This document shows positions 56,936-64,000 of a stretch of 64,000 nucleotides of DNA, one piece after another. Numbering within the stretch: position 1 is the first letter of the stretch; the number at the start of each line of letters is the position of its first letter. The position numbers and the translations under genes were made by a program. The DNA comes from an uncultured Bacteroidales bacterium (GTDB lineage: Bacteria; Bacteroidota; Bacteroidia; Bacteroidales; UBA4417). The stretch is taken from positions 129,666 to 193,665 of the forward strand of contig CALBZC010000010.1 in assembly GCA_937889945.1 (NCBI GenBank), given 5' to 3'. The notes below the pieces were generated by a model. The model had not been told where the DNA came from and made no database searches. It saw nothing but the letters and a program-made list of their open reading frames with translations.

Positions 56936-57329
56936 GCGTTTCTATAATCTTTTCTAAATCTTTAACAAAGCTTTGCATATGTTTTACAAAAGGCTCGGCA
57001 CAAACAGAGCAAATGGCAGCCATTTTCAATTGTGAAGGCTGTAAACCTTTTTCACGCATAAGCTTTTGTGTGTTCATCACTATTTGCGAGGTTTTTTCTC
57101 CGCAGGATTCTCCGTATGAGCAATCTGTACCATCAGCAGCTATAAATACTCCATCAAATCCTTTTTCATAAGCCCGCATAATCCAACGGGGCTTGATGCA
57201 ACTTGAGCAAGGCACACTAATGGTATATACGCTTGCAGGATAATGCTTTTTTAGCAATCCTGCAAGGTCAATGGCGGGGTCTGATATTTTTTCGGTCGAA
57301 AAAACCAGTATTTTAGGCTGTGTAGCCAT
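56922..57329 (-). CDS. MvhD/FlpD-like hydrogenase iron-sulfur (delta) subunit family protein
   Basis: 135 aa. The Cys pattern VPCSSC...GFDGVFIAADGTDCSYGESC...ICSVC is as in methyl-viologen-reducing hydrogenase delta subunit-like proteins. Confidence 0.7.
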   Translation of the reverse strand: MATQPKILVFSTEKISDPAIDLAGLLKKHYPASVYTISVPCSSCIKPRWIMRAYEKGFDGVFIAADGTDCSYGESCGEKTSQIVMNTQKLMREKGLQPSQLKMAAICSVCAEPFVKHMQSFVKDLEKIIETHANS

Positions 57330-57333
57330 ATCT

Positions 57334-57585
57334 TTATTGTTTTTTTAGGAATAGTCTATAAATGCCGTCTTCGTCTATAGAACCAAAATATTCATAGTTC
57401 ATTTTATTGCACCATTTTGGAATATCACTTTTTGTTCCTTCGTCAGAAGAAAGTATTTCCATAATTTGTCCTGCTTGGATATCAGCAACACCTTTTTTTG
57501 CAGCCAAAAGTGGTCCCGGACATGCTGTTCCACGTGCGTCAATAGTTTTGTCAACTTTTAAAGCTTTTAATTCTTCTGTTGTCAT
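57334..57585 (-). CDS. tusA: TusA-like sulfurtransferase (sulfur carrier)
   Basis: 83 aa. It has the hallmark DARGTACPGPLL motif (CPxP). Confidence 0.85.
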   Translation of the reverse strand: MTTEELKALKVDKTIDARGTACPGPLLAAKKGVADIQAGQIMEILSSDEGTKSDIPKWCNKMNYEYFGSIDEDGIYRLFLKKQ

Positions 57586-57714
57586 ACGTTTATTCTCCTA
57601 TTTTTAGTTATTAAATTAATTTTTAGTCGTAGTTGGGAATGATAGGGGGCAGGAGCAAAATTGTAAAATAGAATTTTTAATTTCGGACTCAAGACTCCTT
57701 TCTCCCTGTTTTTT

Positions 57715-58263
57715 TTAAATAAATAATTGGATTCGGCTTTCGCTCGCATCTGAAAGATAAGTGCCTACACCTACATAACTTAGATGGGAGTAGTTAATCA
57801 TTTCTTCTTTTTTGAAACCCATTAAATCCATTGACATTTGGCAAATATTAATTTCAACACCCAGTTCGTCTGCTGTTTTAATAAGTTCTTCGAGCGAAGC
57901 TACATTTTTCTTTTTCATCAAACCTTTCATCATAGATGTTCCCATTCCAGCCATATTCATTTTGGAAAGTTTTAGTTTGGTACTCCCTTTGGGGAGCATA
58001 ACACCAAACATTTTGGACATGAAATCTTTTCCAGAAACGTTTTTCTTTTTGTCGCGTAACATGGCTGTACCCCAAAAGGTGAAAAACATTCTCACTTCCA
58101 TATCCATTGCCCTAGCTCCGGTGGCTATTATCATGGATGCCAATACTTTATCCAAATCGCCCGAAAAAACGATAATGGAAAGTTGGTCTTTTTGTTGATT
58201 CCCTTGCAGCGCTTTTATCTGTTGCTCCAGTATTTTTACTTGATTTTCTAACTCTGTTGACAT
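57715..58263 (-). CDS. DsrE/DsrF/DrsH-like family protein (DsrE2-type, soluble)
   Basis: 182 aa. It has the blocks LSIIVFSGDLDKVLASMIIATGA, MFFTFWG and ICQMSMDLMG, the last with a conserved Cys, as recalled for this family. Confidence 0.7.
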   Translation of the reverse strand: MSTELENQVKILEQQIKALQGNQQKDQLSIIVFSGDLDKVLASMIIATGARAMDMEVRMFFTFWGTAMLRDKKKNVSGKDFMSKMFGVMLPKGSTKLKLSKMNMAGMGTSMMKGLMKKKNVASLEELIKTADELGVEINICQMSMDLMGFKKEEMINYSHLSYVGVGTYLSDASESRIQLFI

Positions 58264-58275
58264 GATATTTTTTTA

Positions 58276-58647
58276 TTAGTAGGTTATAACCGATTTTGCC
58301 GATAAAGATTCTGTTACAATAGTTCCGGCAGCAATAATTTCACAACCTTCAATAAGATCTTCTTTAGCAATGCTACGTTCTTTTAAGCAAGGCGAACAAA
58401 GTTTTAATGTTCCCCCCATTTCTATATAGCTATTAATTAACTCATGTAAAGGCAAGAATCCGGGAGCTTGTATTTTTTCCGCTTCTCCTTTTTTTGCCAA
58501 TACAACTGCCGAGGATTGCAAGAAAATAACTACTTCAACATCACTTGCTTGTGCTGCTGTTGCTAAGACAAAAGGCAAGGTGGCTTTTTCGGGATTTTCT
58601 TGACCAATAGTATCAATAATTACGATTTTTTCTTTTTGAGTTTCCAT
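58276..58647 (-). CDS. DsrE family sulfur-relay protein
   Basis: 123 aa with a YchN/DsrE-like fold pattern (IVIIDT..., VVIFLQSSAV) and the Cys pair LKLCSPC. Confidence 0.7.
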   Translation of the reverse strand: METQKEKIVIIDTIGQENPEKATLPFVLATAAQASDVEVVIFLQSSAVVLAKKGEAEKIQAPGFLPLHELINSYIEMGGTLKLCSPCLKERSIAKEDLIEGCEIIAAGTIVTESLSAKSVITY

Positions 58648-58723
58648 GGCTTATTTTTTCAGCAAAATTATATTTCAATTAAAAGGAAAATTCTTTTTTG
58701 ATGTGTTTAATAATAAAAGATTT

Positions 58724-58739
58724 TGTGATATTAATCACA
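58724..58739. promoter_or_regulatory. perfect CRP-type palindrome TGTGA-N6-TCACA
   Basis: The sequence TGTGATATTAATCACA lies in the 126-bp divergent region between the dsrE-tusA-hdrA operon and the Crp/Fnr gene at 58774. Confidence 0.65.
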
Positions 58740-58773
58740 TTTTTGTATCTTTACATTATTAAAGTGAGCGAAA

Positions 58774-59451
58774 ATGGAACATGCTTGTATTATGTGCAGC
58801 ATTAAGTCTAATGCTATCGAAAAATTAAATGAAGATGAATTAAAGATGTTGGCTCATAATTGTGCTTCGTTACAATTTAAAGCGGGAGATCTTATTATCA
58901 AACAAGATTCATTTTCTACCAATGTGGCTTTTATAAAAAAAGGATTGGTGAAAATACATACCCGTGGACCAGCTAAAGAAAAAATTTTAAATATTAAAAA
59001 ATCTCCGGCTTATATATGCTTGCCCAGTTCGCTAGGAGATAAGGTTAATCATTTTTCCGTGACAGCTTTAGAAGATACGGAAATATGTTTTATAGATTTA
59101 TTGACGTTTAAAAAATTTATTTATGAGAATGGCGATTTTGCCTATCAAATTATTATGGATTTAAGTAAGGCTAATCTTTCTAATTCGCATAATTGTTTAA
59201 ATAATGCGCAGAAACAAAACGTAGGAAGGGTGGCTGATGCTATTTTATTTTTTGCAAAAGAAATATATAATTCAGATAATTTTATTTTGCCGCTATCTCG
59301 TCAAGATTTGGCTGATTTAACTGGAATTACAAGAGAGAGTGTAAGTCGCATTTTGTCGGATTTTCACGATAACAGAATTATAAATATTAATATGCGTAAT
59401 ATTACAATTCTTAATGAAGCCTTACTTTATCAAATTAGTGAAAAAGGTTAG
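58774..59451 (+). CDS. Crp/Fnr family transcriptional regulator with N-terminal Cys pair
   Basis: 225 aa. It has a cNMP-binding-like domain, a C-terminal HTH (LSRQDLADLTGITRESVSRILSDFHDNRII) and an N-terminal MEHACIMC. Confidence 0.85.
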   Translation: MEHACIMCSIKSNAIEKLNEDELKMLAHNCASLQFKAGDLIIKQDSFSTNVAFIKKGLVKIHTRGPAKEKILNIKKSPAYICLPSSLGDKVNHFSVTALEDTEICFIDLLTFKKFIYENGDFAYQIIMDLSKANLSNSHNCLNNAQKQNVGRVADAILFFAKEIYNSDNFILPLSRQDLADLTGITRESVSRILSDFHDNRIININMRNITILNEALLYQISEKG

Positions 59452-59978
59452 AGATAAAGCAGTAAAAAGGTGGCTGCCACTCCAATAGCTGTGATAATTA
59501 TACCTCTTTTAAAATTTCTGTTCTTGGGTTTATACATCCAAAATGAAGAAATGGCAAGAAATGAAAGAGATATAGCATAGATTATCACAAACGTATATTT
59601 TTTACTTCCTTCTCTTGTAAAATGGAGGTTTATCATTTTTCTGGCAAATGCATAATTTGTAAGTTTTTTATACGTTGCATCACCCGTTTTTTCGTTGTAG
59701 GTTCCCTTTTTAAAATACAAAATATTATTTTCCGTTTTATAGGGGATGGTGTCAGTAAATTCGTAGTAATCGGCAATTTGTGCTGCTGTTAGTCCCGGCT
59801 CAAACTTATCGTTATATTCTTTTTCATAGCTCCATAAGGGTGATTTTCCTTCAATCAGCATAATTCCGCTCAACGCATAAACTAAAGTGAGTCCTATTGC
59901 CAGGAAACCAATATCGCGGTGTAGCACGCGCATCCAGTATTGAATGGATTTTTTCGAGGGTTTGCAGTTGTCTTCCAT
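59448..59978 (-). CDS. hypothetical membrane protein (PepSY-associated TM-like N-terminus)
   Basis: 176 aa. It has three predicted TM helices and WMRVLHRDIGFLAIG near the N-terminus. The function call is weak. Confidence 0.45.
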   Translation of the reverse strand: MEDNCKPSKKSIQYWMRVLHRDIGFLAIGLTLVYALSGIMLIEGKSPLWSYEKEYNDKFEPGLTAAQIADYYEFTDTIPYKTENNILYFKKGTYNEKTGDATYKKLTNYAFARKMINLHFTREGSKKYTFVIIYAISLSFLAISSFWMYKPKNRNFKRGIIITAIGVAATFLLLYL

Positions 59979-60013
59979 GTGTTTTTACCTATGAATAAAT
60001 AAATTACACAAAC

Positions 60014-60658
60014 TTACAAATTTATTTTGGGTAAAATAATAAATTCACATTCAGGATATGTTTTTATCAGATAATTTTTGAGAAAATAAATGGTGTCATT
60101 TGTTATGAAAGTATCTTCAATACCATTCATATTAAATATAAGCGAATGTAGTTTTATATTGCGCTTTTGTAGTGCCTCGAGGCTTAAGAGGGTATGGTTT
60201 ATGCTGCCTAATCTGCCTGAGGTTACAAGAATTACAGGATAATGGTGTTGGGCAATATAGTCAATCGTCAGGAAATCCTCAGTAAGTGGAACCATTAATC
60301 CGCCGGCACCTTCTAATATGACGATGTCATATTTTTTACTTAATGTTTTCGTTGCAGACTCTATCTTTTCAAAATTAATTTTCCTGTTATCCAACTTTGA
60401 CGCTAAATGCGGCGATGCGGGAAATGAAAATATCTCCGGCATGGTAAGTTTGGTATGGTCGTCTTCCGTAAAGCCAATGCCCATAATTTTCCTGTGCAAT
60501 TCTATATCTTCTGAAATTTCCGCATTCCCTGTTTGTATCAGCTTTTGCGTAATTACTTTTTTACCTTCATTGATGTATTTTTTTGCCAAAAAACCTGTCG
60601 CGTAGCTTTTGCCGATGTTTGTGTCTATGCCGCTGACAAACAAAATATTATTATTCAT
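60014..60658 (-). CDS. bioD: dethiobiotin synthase
   Basis: 214 aa. It has a P-loop-like FVSGIDTNIGKSYATG and an EGAGGLMVP block. Confidence 0.88.
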   Translation of the reverse strand: MNNNILFVSGIDTNIGKSYATGFLAKKYINEGKKVITQKLIQTGNAEISEDIELHRKIMGIGFTEDDHTKLTMPEIFSFPASPHLASKLDNRKINFEKIESATKTLSKKYDIVILEGAGGLMVPLTEDFLTIDYIAQHHYPVILVTSGRLGSINHTLLSLEALQKRNIKLHSLIFNMNGIEDTFITNDTIYFLKNYLIKTYPECEFIILPKINL

Positions 60659-60787
60659 AATGCTTTTCTTTATATGTTATATATGCCCTCTGTGTTCTTC
60701 GCGCCTCTGTAGTGAATAATTTTAAACCAAGTAATATTTAAAAAATAAAGTATCACATTTTGGTTATTTTTAATGTTCGATTTATGC

Positions 60788-61558
60788 TTATTTCAATTTT
60801 GCAATGATATAAATAGGATGATAGGTTAATGAAACTTGGTTCTGTTGTGCAAATTTTGATTGGTATTGTTCGCAAAAACTTTTTATATCTTTTTTTGTCC
60901 ATGCTGTTTCACGCAAACCGTTAACTCCCGTGTGTTTCAAGTGGTATAAAACATCCATGGGGGCGTTAAAATACATAGGCGAGAGTTCTTCTCCAGAATA
61001 TATGATTTCATAGTGAGGTGCTAATAAGCACAATAGCTCATCCTTTGATTTATAAGGTAACGCAACATGCGCTAATTCTTTTATCTCATGCAAATTTTGT
61101 TCGCCAAAAGTGGAAAATGCTAAAATCCCATTCTTATCCAGTAAATGGGTACATTTTTTAAAAAACAGTTCTATATGTTGAAACCATTGAAAAGTGGAAC
61201 AGGAAGTAAGTAAATCGAATTTTTTCGTAAAATCAATATTTTCAGCATCGCCCGCTACAAAAGTTGTGGTGTCGTTGAGTATTCCCGCTATATATATTTT
61301 CAATTCTTCGCAAATATCGTTTAATACCAATGAGTTGAAATGTAACCTACTTGCTAACATCCTTGAGTACAAGCCTGTGCCGCTTCCTATTTCTAATATA
61401 TCCGAAAAATGAGTAGGAACATGGTGCGTTAATAAATCAATCATTCTATTAGCAATCGCTTTTTGCTGCCAAGCCTCTTTTTCATAGGTGGATGCAGCTT
61501 TGGCGAATTGCTGTTTCATCAATTCCTTGTTAATCCTGTTCGGCTGATATATCGGCAT
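60788..61558 (-). CDS. bioC: malonyl-[acyl-carrier protein] O-methyltransferase
   Basis: It has the N-terminal FAKAASTYEKEAWQQ block typical of BioC and the SAM motif ILEIGSGTGLYS. The start could be 61558 or 61519; I chose the ATG at 61558. Confidence 0.8.
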   Translation of the reverse strand: MPIYQPNRINKELMKQQFAKAASTYEKEAWQQKAIANRMIDLLTHHVPTHFSDILEIGSGTGLYSRMLASRLHFNSLVLNDICEELKIYIAGILNDTTTFVAGDAENIDFTKKFDLLTSCSTFQWFQHIELFFKKCTHLLDKNGILAFSTFGEQNLHEIKELAHVALPYKSKDELLCLLAPHYEIIYSGEELSPMYFNAPMDVLYHLKHTGVNGLRETAWTKKDIKSFCEQYQSKFAQQNQVSLTYHPIYIIAKLK

Positions 61559-62192
61559 CTTCAATCAAAAATTTAAATAACTCATAATCATAATGATGTA
61601 CATCGTAATATACGTTTAGCACGCTTTTCCAAGCATTTAGCTGATTTTGCGAGGGGAATATGTTGTCATTTTTACCCACAACGGCTACATTCCAAGGAAA
61701 TCTTTTTTGTGTATATTCTTCATAATTGGCTTGTATGGCTTTGAGTTCCTCGTGCAAATCTTCTACACTCCTTTTGGGTTGCACGTATTGAAAAAGCTGA
61801 TAATTTTCTTGGTTTCCGCACATGCGTTTTTGAAACTTTTGCAATGTTGCCACAGAGAAATTATCCAATGTACCTTGAAATATCTTATCCGGAATGCCCA
61901 TTATATCATCTATGGGGAAAAGCGTGCCATTGATGGCGGTAGCTTCTGTGCATGCCACACCTTCTAACACTTGTGCCGCATTCCATACGCCCATTGACCA
62001 TGCTAAAACCCTGATATGTTGATATTTTTCGATTAATGATTTATCAAAGTCAAGGGTTTTATAGTCATAGCAAATCATAAAGTCTGCATGGTGCACTTCG
62101 TAATTTTTAACGATATTTTCATCCATTCCCCATCCTGCAAAAAACAGAAGAAGGCTTTTTTTATCTTGTTTTTTTATAAATATTTGTTTCAT
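61530..62192 (-). CDS. bioG: pimeloyl-ACP methyl ester esterase BioG (DUF452 family)
   Basis: 220 aa. It has LLLFFAGWGMD and the nucleophile context VLAWSMGVW, and lies between bioF and bioC. Confidence 0.75.
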   Translation of the reverse strand: MKQIFIKKQDKKSLLLFFAGWGMDENIVKNYEVHHADFMICYDYKTLDFDKSLIEKYQHIRVLAWSMGVWNAAQVLEGVACTEATAINGTLFPIDDIMGIPDKIFQGTLDNFSVATLQKFQKRMCGNQENYQLFQYVQPKRSVEDLHEELKAIQANYEEYTQKRFPWNVAVVGKNDNIFPSQNQLNAWKSVLNVYYDVHHYDYELFKFLIEDADISAEQD

Positions 62193-62257
62193 TCTACTTA
62201 GTAAATTTCTTGAAATAATTTATCACATTTTTATTATTCTTAAGCTTTTTTATTCAT

Positions 62258-62623
62258 CTACTTTTGTCTTGATACAAAAGTAGCAAAAGATCAAGGCTGT
62301 ATAAAAAAATATTGTTTTTTACGGATTGGTTCTGCCACGCAATACAAGTTGCCCTGCACACCCGCCTGCCTAATGCGTCTGTATTGCTTGGTAATGCTTA
62401 CTCCACGAACCATCCCTCAAAAACTACTATTTTTTTATAATGCCCTCAAGCGCGGCGCAATAGGCGTGGGCGGAAGGACAAAACGGCGAGGCAGGGCGGG
62501 TTTTCGTGGGAGGGGCATCGTTTTGTCTTGATTTATTCACGCATGGTTTGTTTTAAATGTGTTCATGAAAACGCTCCGCTATGTTTCTTTGCATCCTTTC
62601 TTGTATCAAGACAAGAAAGGATG
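62258..62623. repeat. hairpin-bounded GC-rich insertion (candidate MITE or structured RNA) between bioF and bioG
   Basis: The left hairpin is ctacttttgt-cttgat-acaaaagtag (62258-62283). The right hairpin is catcctttcttgt-atcaag-acaagaaaggatg (62592-62623). Their cores TTGTCTTGATACAA and TTGTATCAAGACAA are exact reverse complements. ttttgtcttgat recurs at 62521. The core at about 62330-62520 is conspicuously GC-rich compared with the surrounding DNA. Confidence 0.6.
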
Positions 62624-62734
62624 TAGGGTTTGGGGCAAAGCCCCATTAGTTAAACAGAATGAATAAAGAAAAAGAACGTTTTTATGCAATACATGACATG
62701 GACTTTAATTATTTATTTTTAAAATTATACTTAA

Positions 62735-63892
62735 TTATAAACTATTTATCAACTCTCTAATATCTAAATCCGTAATTCCTGCCGTTAAGGAAAAACGCAA
62801 GCGCGAAGTTCCGTGCGGCACGGTAGGCGGACGGATGGGTAGTACATAAAATCCTTTTTCGCGTAGCTCTTGCGATTTCAACATTGTTTGGTGTGTTTCG
62901 CCTACTACCATAGGTATAATATGGCTTGCACTGTTTGACAGATACCCTTGGTTTGCCAATGCCTCTTTTAATAACTTACTTATATTGCAGAGTTTTGCAC
63001 GTTTGGTATTAAAAATATCGAGTTTTTGCAGGATAAAATGTGTCCACATTAAGTTTATAGCTGGCAATGCAGTAGTAAAAATTAAGGTACGCATTTTGTT
63101 AATCAAGTATTCACGCGTTATGGTGTTACATATCACGTAAGCGCCCACTGAGTTTAACGCTTTACCGAATGTGCCTACTAAAAAGTCAATATCTTGAATG
63201 CAATTCTGCTCTTCCGCAATTCCCAAACCCTTGTTACCTCTAACACCTATCGCGTGTGCTTCATCCACATACAACATAACGGAAGGATACATCTTTTTTA
63301 ATTCTACCAAGCGAGTTAAATCGGTAACATCGCCATCCATGCTGAAAATGCTCTCCGTTACCACAATAATTTTTTCATATTGCGTATGATTTTTAGCAAT
63401 TAAATTTTCCAATTGTGCCAAATCATTATGTTTATAACGGTTAAACTTAGCAGATGACAAGCGTATGCCGTCAATCAAGCTGGCATGTATGAGTTTGTCT
63501 ACCAATATCAAGGTTTTATCGTTTGCTATGGCAGGCAATATGCCTGTATTGGCATGGTATCCGCTATTAAAAACCAATGCCGCTTGTGAACGGAACAACT
63601 GGCTTAGGGTGGTTTCTACTTCCTCGTAAAATTGGTTATTCCCTGTTAATAAGCGCGAGGAAGAAGCTGAAAACAAAGCTTTTTCGATATCGTATCGCGT
63701 TAAAAACTCTTTTTTTAAAGGCTTGTCGCCTGCTAACCCCAAATAATCGTTAGAAGAAAGGTTTAACATGCGATTGCCGTTTGCAACTATATATTTTCCT
63801 TCATGCGCCACATCAGGAATTTTCCTCAGGCTTCCGGTTTTTTCAAGAGAGATAAGTTCTTGTTGCATCTGATGATAGAGATTTACAGCCAT
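62735..63892 (-). CDS. bioF: 8-amino-7-oxononanoate synthase
   Basis: 385 aa. It has alpha-oxoamine synthase blocks: SNDYLGL, SMDGD, DEAHAIG and the PLP-lysine context GTFGKAL. Confidence 0.9.
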   Translation of the reverse strand: MAVNLYHQMQQELISLEKTGSLRKIPDVAHEGKYIVANGNRMLNLSSNDYLGLAGDKPLKKEFLTRYDIEKALFSASSSRLLTGNNQFYEEVETTLSQLFRSQAALVFNSGYHANTGILPAIANDKTLILVDKLIHASLIDGIRLSSAKFNRYKHNDLAQLENLIAKNHTQYEKIIVVTESIFSMDGDVTDLTRLVELKKMYPSVMLYVDEAHAIGVRGNKGLGIAEEQNCIQDIDFLVGTFGKALNSVGAYVICNTITREYLINKMRTLIFTTALPAINLMWTHFILQKLDIFNTKRAKLCNISKLLKEALANQGYLSNSASHIIPMVVGETHQTMLKSQELREKGFYVLPIRPPTVPHGTSRLRFSLTAGITDLDIRELINSL

Positions 63893-64000
63893 GCATTAAA
63901 AAGTTTTATTCGGAAAGCAAAACATATATTCATTAGCATTATTTTTTCTCTTCTATTGTTTATCATTTTTTACTTTTTGAGATTTAAAAATTGTGTAAAT

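Noticed and set aside
62349-62531. 60-aa plus-strand ORF (MPCTPACLMRL...GRTKRRGRAGFRGRG) in the bioF-bioG spacer
   Set aside because: It lies on the strand opposite the operon, entirely within the GC-rich palindromic element. It has an Arg/Gly-rich low-complexity tail and no promoter-like motif. It is more likely a by-product of the GC-rich repeat.
1-64000. Prophage, ICE, genomic island or defence island
   Set aside because: No integrase, transposase, recombinase, phage structural gene, restriction-modification gene or other nuclease/ATPase defence gene was recognised. The two tRNA genes have no adjacent integrase or direct repeat of their 3' ends.

Overview
AT-rich chromosomal segment, roughly mid-30s % GC by eye (not computed). 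It looks like a Bacteroidota genome, probably an anaerobe or microaerophile. Supporting signs are many TAnnTTTG -7 promoter motifs, a fused SecDF, PorT-like and porin-family beta-barrel proteins, type B L31 and a flavodiiron protein. Most of the window is housekeeping: the rpsF-rpsR-rplI operon, rpsT, rpmE, alaS, valS, parC, secDF, serC-serA, ubiE, purM-like, wecB, radC, rsmE, tcdA, tRNA-Glu(UUC), tRNA-Arg(UCU) and a bioF/bioG-bioC-bioD biotin cluster. No integrase, transposase, phage, CRISPR or recognisable defence genes were seen. The most unusual locus is 49.4-59.5 kb. It holds an eight-gene minus-strand operon: two DsrE-family proteins, TusA, an MvhD-like protein, two HdrA-like flavo-FeS proteins, a small winged-helix protein and an HdrC/NarI-type membrane fusion (QmoC-like). 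This operon is bracketed by two Crp/Fnr regulators, and a perfect TGTGA-N6-TCACA box sits in the divergent promoter. Next to it is a thioredoxin module whose reductase lacks the canonical NADPH-binding HRRxxxR motif and is followed by a small ferredoxin. No Apr, Sat, DsrAB, HdrB or lipoate-binding partner is present in the window, so I flag it as a candidate uncharacterised quinone/ferredoxin-linked persulfide-handling system. Other non-genic structure: (1) a four-helix-bundle (23S-IVS/Avd-family) gene cassette flanked by inverted heptamer arrays, plus gene-less heptamer arrays at three other intergenic sites; (2) two inverted copies of a ~170-195 bp element with 13-bp terminal inverted repeats (MITE-like); (3) a ~370 bp GC-rich insertion bounded by hairpins that splits the bio operon; (4) four tandem porin-family paralogs with mosaic conservation. 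All calls come from reading the sequence and translations, with no database search.
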